Shown here in pieces: positions 52,980 to 64,000 of a DNA stretch of 64,000 nucleotides; the first letter of the stretch is position 1; every line of letters begins with the position of its first letter. This DNA comes from Octopus sinensis. Taxonomy: Eukaryota. Made by a program: the position numbers and the translations under genes. A model generated the notes under the pieces. It ran no database searches and was not told the DNA's origin. It saw nothing but the letters and a program-made list of their open reading frames with translations. Location of the stretch: the NCBI RefSeq assembly GCF_006345805.1, contig NC_042997.1:116808001-116872000 (forward strand), written 5' to 3'.

Positions 52980-54480
52980 TTTGGTGGTCATTCCTCTTAA
53001 TTTATTTGTATATATACATATATATGTATTGTTATATTTCGAAATGGTCATTTTGCCAGTTCAGTCAATAAAAACACACGCACTATATATTTGGTGTTAC
53101 TTTGCTTCAGTGTTATTTATTTTTTACATTAATCTTAATCTTATTTTGGCCAGAATTCTTTCGTCACACTCCTGTGACCGCATCAGAGGTCCTTTGTTTA
53201 CTTCTTTCTGATTTGTGTCTCTCTTTAGTAACCGTCAGCTATTATGTATTTCTATTGTATGTCTTCATTTGCGCATGCTTATATCTCTATGTGCGTCTAT
53301 GTTTATTTAGTGTGTGTGGGGGTATGCCTGAAATATTTGTATCTTCTGTTTATATACGTTCATGTAATTTGTTTTTGTTGTTGTTTTTGTTTATTCTTAT
53401 TTTGTTCTTGTGTTTACATCCACTTATTATTATCATTACATATGCTTGTATGTATGTATGTATGTATATATGTATGTATAACAACAATACTAGTAATAAT
53501 AATAATAAATCGAAAAAAAAATAATATAGTTATTTATTTCTATTTGTTTATTTATCTGTGTATTTATTATGTTTTCGTGATCCTCTACCGTCATATGTTG
53601 TGGTGTGTGCTAGTGTTCCATTCTAGTTTTCTATTCAGGCTAGGTTTATTTTCTATTATGTTTGTAGCTTCTGTAATTTGTCTGATTGATGCATCTGTTC
53701 TATGTGTGGACAATATTTTAATTTCTATGTTGTTGATATACCCCCGTGTTCCTGTTCGGCGTGTTGGTACAGAATCGATGAGCTTTTACCTTCCTTGAGT
53801 TGTCTCCAATGTCATTTACCCGCTCTCCTATGCTTCTTGCCGTTTCCCCTACGTATGTCGTTGTCTTGTTGCTGCATCGACCTTCTATACATCTTATACT
53901 ATAGACTACATTTTTGGCTTTACAGTTTGTTTGTGGGCTAAATCTACATACAGTACAGTATTTATCCGTACAGGGGGTTCTACTAAAAGGATAGGTTCTA
54001 CCAATTATAGATTTGATAGGGTTGCCTGGCTTTTCAACAACCTTAATCCTTAGCTTAAGTTTGTCTAGGGTCCTTCTAAAGCGGTACGCCAGTTGACCTC
54101 CAGGGGTGGTGTCAACGAACATGACACTCTGGCATTTATGGCTATCATACCAAGAGTTGGCCTTCCCTATTTTCTTTTTTGTCCTTTCTATAGTGTTCCA
54201 TGACTTGTTCCTATAGAGTGGGCAAATCCCATTCCTACCATTACATAATATATTATCAAATTTCTTCATGGCTCCTTTGTATACTCTGATCCTTTCTTTA
54301 TGGCTGTAACCTGAGAACTGCATGCGGTGAATGAAATATTGTATGTGTCTCTTTAACTCTGTAGACTCGCACATGCGTGACACATTTCTCTCTTATTCTG
54401 ACGAGGTCTGCCATCAAAATATTGAATTTGGCATTGTCCGCAATGGCTGAGTTCCGGTGGATTAAGTATTTTGAGGCCAT
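52980..54480 (-). mobile_element. 5'-truncated PLE (RT thumb + GIY-YIG, 53718-54480) with 3' pLTR
   Basis: MASKYLIHRNSA..FSGYSHKER..CTDKYCTVC..NCKAKNVVYSIRC..YVGETARSIGERV, with frameshifts. HHR-like motif downstream. Confidence 0.85.
53146..53192 (-). ncRNA. Degenerate hammerhead motif in pLTR
   Basis: Reverse complement ggacct-CTGATGC-G-GTCAC-aggagt-GTGAC-GAA-AGAATTCT-ggcc; palindromic stem III. Confidence 0.6.
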
Positions 54481-54509
54481 AGGCCATATGTATGTATATA
54501 TATATATAT

Positions 54510-56570
54510 AAGTAAGGAAAAAATTTTTTTTAAATGCAGAATGCTCAAATGAAAGAAAATTTTAATAAAATGAGAAATTGATAAAATATATAAATATATA
54601 TTTATTCAACCGGTTTTCGTCATTGTATGACTTGTCAAGAATATTTATGTTTTAAAAAAGTTTTTTTAAAATCAGAAAGGGGAAAAAAAGAAAATTGGCA
54701 TTGTTTTTTGTAAAAGAATAATGATAAAAGTGTACAAAAATTAAAAAATAAGTTCTCCGATACATTGTGAGTTCGTTGTGTATCTTGAGTTTTATGGTTG
54801 TTTACGAAAAAATTACCTTGAGGTGTTAAGATCCAAAGGGATTAAGAGCATGTGTTGTGTTGTTAAATTCAGCATGTTTGCAGGACAGGAAGTAGTAGTA
54901 ATTGTGGTCCTGGTTCTTCAGTTCCTGTGTTGTGAGTAAGGGGAGACAACTCTTTTGAATTCTTCAATAAAATCCAAATTATAAGATTATCATTTTAGCT
55001 TCATTTGCGTTATCTTTTTTATATAATTGCTTGTTAACTTAACTTTCAGATTTTAACACTTTATTTATATTATTTTCTAATTATATAAATCTGCATAGAC
55101 AATTGCATTTCAAATTGTCATATCATTTATAATAAAAATGATAGTAATAACAACAATAGTAAAAATGATACTTAAAGAATATAAGTTTTAGCTTGAAGTG
55201 ATGAATGCATGGTATCTTTAAATATTTGTGTTAGTCCATCCATGAAGAGTGAGGTAGAGAAAGGAAGTTTGATCAACGAGGAGTTTGCATATTAAGTGTG
55301 TTTGGAATTTTTCAATAAAGAGATTCTCCTTGTTAATTCTCTCCTGTGTGGTGATCCCGTCTTTACATTGGTAGAAGGGGAATATATAGATTTGGGGTTT
55401 AAGTCTTTAGCACATGAGTCTAAGTGGTCACTCAGTGGAATTTGTCGGTATTCCGGGAGATTTATTGTTCTTTATGCACCGTTACTCGTTTACGTAACGG
55501 GAGACTCGTTTGTCCAACATATTATGTTGGCAACCAGCGCATGTGAGAACGTAGATAAGGTTCTCGGAGGAACAGGAGAAGTTAGTCTTGATTTTAAACT
55601 TCGTACCTTGTTTGAAGGTAAATTCAGAGCCTTCAAGTAGAAAGGGGCAGGTACCACAGTTTGAGCGTGCACATTTTTTTACTGTTGGGTGTGGATGTGG
55701 GGTGTGTGTGAAGTTTGGCATTTGTCAAGAGTTTTTTTAAAGATTGGTGTTGCCTTTTGCATTTGAGGATTTTGTGTGTATTATAATGTTTTTCATTTTG
55801 GGTCTGTTGACAGTAAACTGAGGTTTTGTATGATTGTGGTGTATGCTTCGATATTTTTGGGGTTGTGTGGGGAAATGTATGGAAGTATTTTGAGGTTGTG
55901 TTGTGGTGTTAGGTTGGGTGGTTTTCAGTGTAGTGTGTCTAGTTCTTTGGCGCGTTTTATCCATACTCTATAAGGGTGGAGGGATATTGACGTTGTAATA
56001 GTGTTTTTTTGAGGTCTTGATGGCGTATTTCTCGTGTTTTTGGATCCGAGACAATGGTGCATACCCTTTTAGCTAAATTGAAAGGGATATTGTTGGTGTG
56101 TTTTTGTGGGCATGAACTAAAGAGGAGGTATGTTGTGAGTCTGTAGGTTGTGGTAGATGTCTGTTATGATTTGGTTCTTAGGGTTTTTATAATTAGGAGA
56201 TCAGGAATGGGAGATGATGTTTGCTTAATTCCATAGAGAATGGATGTTGGGATGTATGTGTTTTAGTATGTTTTGAATTCCAGGAGTTTTAATAAGGTTC
56301 TTTCCATATGATGAAACAATCATCTAAATACCTTTTCCCGTTTTCCATTAGATAGGTGTGGAAAACATGTCCAAATTTCTGGCTTGATATTTCATAGAGT
56401 GACAGTTCGAAGTAACACATTATGAGGTTCGCAAGGACTGGTGCAGCCTTGGTACCCATCGCAATGCCACATTTTTGACGGTAGTGTGTGTCGTCGAAGA
56501 GAAAAAAATTGTTTGTCAGAATGAACTTCACAGATTCTGTATTTTTAAAAAAACTTGAGAGAGTCTCCAT
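54510..56570 (-). mobile_element. Decayed PLE (RT + GIY-YIG ~55230-56570) with 3' pLTR, truncated near the assembly gap
   Basis: NNFFLFDDTHYRQKCGIAMGTKAAPVLANL..RYLDDCF; KCARSNCGTCPFL..SCSSENLIYVLTCAGC; multiple frameshifts. Confidence 0.87.
54603..54643 (-). ncRNA. Minimal hammerhead motif, U3-A8 variant
   Basis: Reverse complement TATTC-TTGACAA-GTCAT-aca-ATGAC-GAAA-ACCGGT-T-GAATA. Confidence 0.7.
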
Positions 56571-56660
56571 TTTTAAAAAACTTGTTCCTTACTTATCATT
56601 TCTCCACGTGCGGTCAACACAACCCCACCATTTATTGATCTATATATATATGGATATATA

Positions 56661-56760
56661 NNNNNNNNNNNNNNNNNNNNNNNNNNNNNNNNNNNNNNNN
56701 NNNNNNNNNNNNNNNNNNNNNNNNNNNNNNNNNNNNNNNNNNNNNNNNNNNNNNNNNNNN
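56661..56760. other. Assembly gap (100 N) in a TA-rich microsatellite
   Basis: Run of N. Confidence 1.
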
Positions 56761-57190
56761 ATACATACATATATATATATACATACATACATACATACAT
56801 ACATATGTGTACGTATGTATGTATATATAAATGCATATATATATCTATATATATATGCATATGTATACATATATATTTATATATATATATTTTTATATAT
56901 TACTACCTGCTTTTATAGCAAGTTGATGCAGGTAGTTTATGCCGTCCCCTCCGTCTTTTGGTTCATGCAATTGAAAGAAAACTGCATTATTTATGAGATG
57001 ACCCAATATATGTTATGAGCTTTCCGAACCCCAAATCCGCTCACAAGTCTTTGGTCGGCCTGATGCTGTTGTTGAAGACCTCGCAGTAGGACTGAACCCG
57101 GAATCCTGTGGTTGGGAAGAAAGCCATATTTTTGCCTATATGTCAGGAAATTGTCTGATCATGGCAGGTACACTTTTAATCATTGATCTG

Positions 57191-57243
<53 letters not shown>

Positions 57244-57975
57244 TAAATATGAATATAAAGATCCACATCGACAATAGTTTACCAAGTGGTTATACAACAG
57301 ATTAAGCTCTAATTATTTCAGATACTTTACAAGTGTTTTAATTCTGTCTCATTAAGCAGAAGCTGAAATAATGTTTATCGTGTTTAGCATTAAATCAACT
57401 TTATTACTTTCACCAATGACCTTTATCAAGTAATAACACGTTTGAAATCTCTTATGACACTATAAACTATGATGATATTATACCATTTCTTCCTGAAAGA
57501 ATAAGAATATATGTTTGTGAACAAAATGAAAGGTCCTTTTCATTTATTAATGGGAGAGTCAATAAGTGAAAGTTAGGTAATTAATAAAATGATTTAATAG
57601 ATTATATATATATCGTTCTCATTTATTACGAATACATACAAAATATCAGATGAAAAATTGTACAGGGATGCTCTACACGGGAGAAGTATATTGCTTTGGT
57701 CAAACAACAAAGCTTGACATTAAACAGATATGATATGGTAGGAATTATCTATACAGAATTAATGTTTCTGTAAAACAATATTGATTAAATGATAAATAAA
57801 TAAATAACATGTAAAGTATAGAAGCCATCTTAATATGGCTAACCACAAAGGGGAGGAGGTGTTACTGTAGCTTTATAGCCCCAGGAGATCGTCTCCAGCT
57901 GGCTTTAGACATCATTTCAGTGCCCTTGAAGTATTTGCAAAGGGAGGCCATCCCTTTCTCGCAAGTCTGAGTGAT

Positions 57976-58018
57976 ACGCACGGACTAGTTTCGAGATTAT
58001 TGTCTCTTATCAACGGGC
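57976..58018 (-). ncRNA. Hammerhead motif, U3-A8 variant
   Basis: Reverse complement gcccg-TTGATAA-GAGA-caataa-TCTC-GAA-ACTAGT-C-cgtgc. Confidence 0.75.
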
Positions 58019-58357
58019 GGTAACCACCAGGTTGCGATGAAAGACAAGGCTGCTTTGCAAATATATGAGTTTTTCTAGTGACGTCTGCCACTGATTTCGA
58101 AAAACTGACTGTAAGCATTATTAAATCTCAGAATGAGATGTAAACAGTAATCGCTCGATAATGTAAAGTATAGAAGCCATCTTAATATGGCTAACCTCAA
58201 AGTGTGGGGGGGGGGTGTTACTGTAGCTTTTTACATCTCATTCTGAGATTTAATAATGCTTACAGTCAGTTTTTCGAAATCAGTGGCAGACGTCACTGGA
58301 AAAACTCTTATATATTTGCAAAACAGCCTTGTCTTTCATCGCGACCTGGTGGTTACT

Positions 58358-58398
58358 GCCCGTTGATAAGAGACAATAGTCTCGAAACTAGTCCGTGC
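58358..58398 (+). ncRNA. Hammerhead motif, U3-A8 variant, GUC cleavage triplet
   Basis: gcccg-TTGATAA-GAGAC-aata-GTCTC-GAA-ACTAGT-C-cgtgc. Confidence 0.8.
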
Positions 58399-59220
58399 GT
58401 ATCACTCAGGCTTGCGAGAAAGGGATGGCCTCCCTTTGCACTGAAAGGGCACTAAGGGCACTGAAATGGTGTCTAAAGCCAGCTGGAGACGATGATCTCC
58501 TGGGGCTATAAAGCTACAGTAACACCCCCTCCCCTTTGTGGTTAGTCATATTAAGATGGCTTCTATACTTTACATTATCGAGCGATTACTGTTTACATCT
58601 CATTCTGAGATTTAAAAACAACAGTAATTCAACAATAATATGCCAGGTTCTATAGATAATCGCCTTCTTAGTCAAGCCAGCATAAAAGTCTTTATACAGT
58701 CGATCATCAGGTTAGAAATAGAACCTTAATCTCCCCCAAATTAAACCATACCTTGTCAAATCATTACATATTCGTTAATGTAGTCGTAGATAAGTAATAC
58801 CCAAGATATGAATGGGGTTGTCAGGCTGGAACATCTTTGGCTATATTTCAGCTCATTCATGTATGCGTATGTGTGTGTGAGAAAAAGTGTCCAATAAGTT
58901 TTGCAGATTTCCGAAGCTGATTGGATTCGTCTTTCACCATATTTCTTTTACAGTGATTAAACCGTGGCCATGCTGGAGCACCACCTTAAAAGATCTTAGT
59001 CGAAAAAATCGACCTTGGTACTTATGTATTTTATATTCTTAGGGTCTCCTTTTATCAAACCGCGAAGTGTGTAGGGATCACACACACGTTATATGAGAGG
59101 TATTGGTATCTAGAAGAGTGTCAGGTAACGCTAAGTACGTGCTATGGATAGAACTCTTGGTTCGATAATGATACGAGTGAGGAATCTTACGTAGGTCTTG
59201 TATTATCATACATATATATA

Positions 59221-59786
59221 TTAGACAGAATGAGATAACAAATCCAAGGCTGTGAGGAATTTTCAGGACATTTATAAGGAAATAGTCTTACAGCTGTTTC
59301 TGGGATATTATGGATATCCCTTCATCAGAGACAGTGTGAGAAAATATTTAAGTTCGAATTATTGTGGAATAGATAGGGAATATAGAGGGGAATAAGCGAA
59401 TGAGAGTAGAAATAAGATACCACAAACCCCTTTCGAACGAGCAACACTGATTCCACGGCTCCATACTTTGAAATGACTAAACATGAACTGTTATTGGAAC
59501 TTACACACCATGTACAAGAAACTTTTTTTTACCGATTCTGTACACCATTTCCCTCGGATAATAGAACTGCAACTACGATATCTTTATATATCTTATTTCT
59601 GCTTTCATTCTCTTATTTCCATCTCTATTCCCTATCTTCTCGTTTTCCACAATAATTCTAACTCAAATATTTTCTGACATCATCTCTGATAAAGGGATAT
59701 CCATATCCCAGACGCAGCTGTGAGACTATTTCATTATAAATGTGCTGAAAACTCCTCACAGCCTTGGATTTGTTATTTCATTCGGG

Positions 59787-59790
<4 letters not shown>
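59221..59790. mobile_element. Non-coding element with ~200-bp inverted pLTR-like arms, each with an HHR, within TA repeats
   Basis: 59221-59415 mirrors 59575-59790 (ataacaaatccaaggctgtgagga / tcctcacagccttggatttgttat). Confidence 0.8.
59285..59332 (-). ncRNA. Canonical-core minimal hammerhead ribozyme
   Basis: Reverse complement GTCT-CTGATGA-A-GGGATAT-ccata-ATATCCC-A-GAA-ACAGCTGT-A-AGAC. Confidence 0.82.
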
Positions 59791-59817
<27 letters not shown>

Positions 59818-60539
59818 GACGGACTTCCATACAGTTTTCGTCTACCAAATTCACTTACAAAGCATTAGTCAGCCCGATGCTACGGTAGAATACACGCACG
59901 CAAGATGCTGCACTGTGGAACTGAACTCGAAATCCTTAATCACCCAACCATTTATTTGTTTTTATTGTACAGTTAGGTGTTAGTGCTCGTGACTCTTCGC
60001 AGGAAATATGTGGGAGGGAGAAAACGGTTTTCTCAAACAGGCGTTCTGTCCATGATGCTCACCAATGAGTGAAGTCGGCTAAAGGTAACCAAGTATTAGT
60101 TAGTGGATTAAACCAGGTGGTAAATCCTATTTAACACATATATACACCACGACGGGATTTGGACTCGGATCACAAAGAGCTAGAGCAAATACCGCAAGGT
60201 ACCCCATTCGATTCTGTAAAGGTTCCGCTAGTTTACTGTCCGTAATTTGGTACTTTGTTTATTGACTCCAGAAAGGTAAATGTAAACTTTGAAGTCGGTG
60301 GGAGTCGAACTCTCGATGTAAGAAGATGGAATGATACCATAAGACATTTCGTCTGATGCTCTAATGATTGTCTTATTTCGCTGAAAAGCTGTAAGTCGAA
60401 CAATGTTGGAAAGCATGGATGAGGAAGTTATCTAGAGTGTTAACATTCTATCGCAAGGACTGGAGAAAGCGGAGAGAATTGGATCTTGGAGGGGAGGCTC
60501 GTAATTAATATTTTGAATGAGAGAGGGAAATATATAGAA

Positions 60540-60575
<36 letters not shown>

Positions 60576-60754
60576 GGAGAGGGTAGGAAAGAATACGAGA
60601 CGCATGTTTCTTTGATGCTTTACTCCTTTTATTTTGTCACTTATTGATAATACGGTCTCTACTTACGTGACATTGTGCTCTAAAGCATAAGTGTACTGAA
60701 GTTTAATAATTGACTGTTGATATCGCGATGCCTGAACAAAATCGTATATGTAAA

Positions 60755-61085
60755 CGCAGGCTTGGTTGTATGGTTGAGAAGTTCAGTTCACCATCAAATG
60801 GTTTCCGGTTCAATCCCACTGCGTAACTGTTTGAACGAGAATCTTCTATGGATTCGGGGCCAACCAGTCAATACCTTATGAAGGAATTTGGTTGGCGGAA
60901 GCACTGCGGAACACCTCTGCATTGGGAAGTGTGTGTGTGTGTGTGTACATTCATCTTTGTTTCCATCATTCACAATTTAACAAAACATGTGGCTCCGTAA
61001 CTTAGCGGTTCGACAGAATATTACCTGATTTACTGTAGCTGATATCATGGACTAAATTCTTCAAGGTAATAGCGCAGCATGGACT
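60755..61085 (+). mobile_element. Decayed CORE-like SINE
   Basis: cgcaggcttggttgtatggttgagaag..ggttcaatcccactgcg..aatttggttggcggaa..cgtaacttagcggttcg. Confidence 0.7.
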
Positions 61086-62399
61086 CAACCTACTAACTTA
61101 TGCAACTTTAATATATATATATATATATATATATAGTTCAAATGTGTTTAAATGTGTATGCATGCATTTTTATGATGCCCCACATTTGCATATATGCATA
61201 GTCTAAAATAATTTAGTATAAATATTATTACAAATAACCAAGCTTGAAACCTAATAGGTACCTATAGCAATATAATCCTCATTTTTCATCTCTCCAGAAC
61301 ACACATGTTAAATTTTCTAAAGATAAGACAAATAACATCAGTAACAACCAAATCCCATTTCGACAGCTGCTGACCAACTAAACTTTTTATCCGTTTACAT
61401 ACTTTTGGGAACACTAAAACACAACAGGCACATTTTTTGTTTTTTTACTCACAATTTCATGACCTGAATCTGATCCACCTAAATTTGACACACATGATTA
61501 CAAAGTTTTACAAGTTCGACAGAATTCTGAACATTAACACAACTCCCACTTCAAACAATAAAATCTCTCATATGATCTTTTCATCAGAACGTACCATACA
61601 AACATACTTGCTTCCTACCCTTCTCTGTCAACCCAATCAACTTTCCAAATGTACATACATCAAATCTAATTATTATACGACATAGCCCCACCTATTCTAG
61701 AAAAATAACTTCTCAGAGAATATACGAAACAAAACGAAACTCTAATGTATCACAGCCCGACGAAGGCTAGCAGGCGAAATTTTCGAAGTTACTGTCAGCC
61801 GTCTCCTTGTAAATGCTTAATATGCACTGTGCAAAAAGTATTGCGTCATCCATCACTTAAATTGATTATAAAGTATTGCGTCACCCATCACAGGTTAAAT
61901 TGATTATAACTCAACGTAAGACAAACGTGTGTGTGTGAACTTTGCATTTGTGCAACACACCCTCAAAGATATTGATATTAAATTTATAGCATTAGTATCA
62001 TTGACAATGTAAACTTTCTAAATAATTGAAAAAAGTGTCAACTGCTAATTAATCCTAATGAATTTCTACATTATTCATAAAAAAAAGATATATATATTTT
62101 CTTTGGAATTGAACTGGTTATATGCTTTTAATATTGAAGAGTAAATGGAATCGGAGCTACTTCAATATGAAATGTAACAAAAAAATGTTGGAATTATAAA
62201 GTAAAAAACTTCTTGGAATCTGTTTACATTAAGTGCCACATTAACCTTTATGACAACTACAGCTCGTAGATCATAATACCAGGAATCTTTATCGTTTTCA
62301 TCTATTATATCATTTATTCTTTATTTTCCCTCCTTTCTCTGTACACACACACATCTTTTATATAGAGTAAACATTATCTTATATCAATAGAATTGATAG

Positions 62400-62640
62400 A
62401 TATTTTTTGATATTCTCCCAAAGTGCCTGAGGAACCTGCACGAAATAGATGTAGGCGTTTTTAAATCAAGGCTGGACCTCTTCCTGTCAAGAGGCCCAGA
62501 TGAACCTACCTCACGGCAAGAGGTGCAAATGAGGGTAGCTACATCAAACTCCATTCTTCACCAAATGCCACATATTAGAGGAGGTTCTCAGTAATAACAG
62601 TGTAGCAAAATGGCGGTCTCCAGCATAGCCACAGATCTGA
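62400..62640 (+). mobile_element. 3' end of a CR1-group (Crack/L2-like) LINE
   Basis: Translates FDILPKCLRNLHEIDVGVFKSRLDLFLSRGPDEPTSRQEVQMRVATSNSILHQM, matching the FN-LP..FK..LD-FL..PDEP..SNSL pattern. Short 3' UTR follows. Confidence 0.75.
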
Positions 62641-63169
62641 GCTATGCTGGGGCACCGCCATTTTGCTACACTGTTATTACTGAGAACCTCCTCTAATATA
62701 TGGCATATTGTTTGTATAAAGAAAGCTAAAATATAAATACTTACTGTACAAACAACTTACATTTTGAAATCACATTCACGTAAAAATATTTCTAAACGAT
62801 TAAAATATTGTGTTTAACAAAAGCGAACATTAGAAATATTTACTGTAAAAAAACAAATCATACATTTTTCGTTGTCATATATCTGTCCAATCGAAAGGTT
62901 AGAGTTTCTTCCCTTTCAGAATGAAGTAAAATTCAGAACCTTTCTCCATTTTTGAGCATTTATACTCCCAAACACCGAATATCTCTATAACTCAATATCT
63001 CAAAAGCTCCGATTTACGCGAAACTTGTTTCATTCCGTTCTTATTAGCATTTCAAGGTAGACTTAATTCACAGTATTTTCCCATTATGCGCCAGTTTGGC
63101 TGGGTAACATTGCAAGCAGGCAAGCAAGCAAGATTCAAACTGACTTTTAATGTATATAGATGGTAGGGT

Positions 63170-63388
63170 AAAGCGAGCGGTGAGCTTACAGAATCATCAG
63201 CGGGTGGGGCAAAATGCTTAGCTGTATTTCATCCGCTTTTACGTTCTGAATTCAAATTCCGCCGAGATCGACTTTGACTGTCATCCTTTTCGGGGTCGAT
63301 AAAATAAGCACCCGTTGAGCACTGTGGTCAGTGCAACTTACCCATCTCCTGTAATTACTGACCTTGGGCCAAATTTTGAAACCATTAT
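63170..63388 (+). mobile_element. Nin-type SINE
   Basis: Family match with a ccttgggccaaattttgaaacc tail. Confidence 0.8.
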
Positions 63389-63455
63389 TAAGAGTAGGAT
63401 GGTGGATTGGTAGAATTGTTCCGAGCGATATTTAGTTACGGATCTTTTGGATCTA

Positions 63456-63700
63456 TTGGGCTGGTGCATAATTATTGCGGTTTTTTTGCAACTAATATTA
63501 TTTAAAGATTAACAATAACAATATTTAACAAAAACATCTTTAAATTACGGTCTGACTGTCTGCCAAGCAAATGGGAAGCAGAAATTGAAGTACAAGGTGA
63601 ATATGCTCCGAAATAATCATTTAAATATGTTTTTGTTACGTGTTATCGCTTTTTTTGTTTTTTTTTTAAAAAAAGCCGCAATAATTATGCACCAACCCAA
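63456..63700. mobile_element. Tc1/mariner MITE with TA TSD
   Basis: ta|ttgggctggtgcataattattgcgg ... ccgcaataattatgcaccaacccaa|ta. Internal sequence matches 36743-36977. Confidence 0.9.
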
Positions 63701-64000
63701 TAATTTTAAATCTCGCCAATGACAACTTTGCCAACAAAATATACTTTCAATCAAGTGTTGGGGTTGATATAATTGACTAACAACGCCCATCAAATTTTAG
63801 GGCTTTTATCTATGTGAAAAATTTTTAGCAGTGCTGGGAAATACTTGTGTCGAACAAAAATTCCTTGCGGTTTTCCATGCTTTCAGTTAATTTCCTATTG
63901 AAATTAACTTAAACATTTCATTCTGCTGCATTGATAAAATAAGGTATCAGTCAAATACCGGGGTAGGTTTGATACTTCTTCTAATGTCCGATGGCGCCTT

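Larger units (their letters stand above)
57809..58614. mobile_element. Retrozyme-like element: ~352-bp HHR monomer, slightly more than one unit in each orientation
   Basis: atgtaaagtatagaagccatc at 57809 and 58161. 58231-58614 is the reverse complement with its own terminal redundancy (ttacatctcattctgagattt at 58231 and 58593). Confidence 0.8.

Noticed and set aside
56488-57018. ORFs spanning the N gap
   Set aside because: Artefacts of the gap and TA repeats.
61751-61802. Possible further hammerhead (CCGACGA-A-GGCT...AGCC-G)
   Set aside because: Core is mutated and GAAA/stem III are missing after the putative stem II; too degenerate to call.

Overview
AT-rich, repeat-dense metazoan genomic DNA with no recognisable multi-codon host exon; it looks intronic or intergenic. 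The SINE repertoire suggests an octopus/cephalopod genome (inference from recalled repeat families). It holds one nearly intact, young Penelope-like retroelement (PLE; RT + GIY-YIG, direct pseudo-LTRs, 22878-28269, minus strand) and several decayed PLEs. It also holds many copies of three or four tRNA-derived SINE families, remnants of RTE, R4/Dong-like (RLE) and CR1-group LINEs, mariner and hAT MITEs, microsatellites and a 100-N gap. The main signal not shown by the ORF track is about 13 intact-to-decayed minimal type-I hammerhead ribozyme (HHR) motifs from at least six unrelated sequence families. They sit in PLE pLTRs and in three kinds of small non-coding elements: (i) a head-to-head pair of tRNA-headed SINEs carrying an HHR, bounded by a 12-bp TSD (40698-41190); (ii) a ~352-bp retrozyme-like monomer, circularly permuted and inverted, with a U3-A8 compensated core (57809-58614); (iii) an inverted-arm element with a canonical HHR (59221-59790). 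Together these suggest a set of ribozyme-bearing non-autonomous elements that may be mobilised by PLEs. Boundaries were read by eye and are approximate unless a TSD or TIR is quoted.
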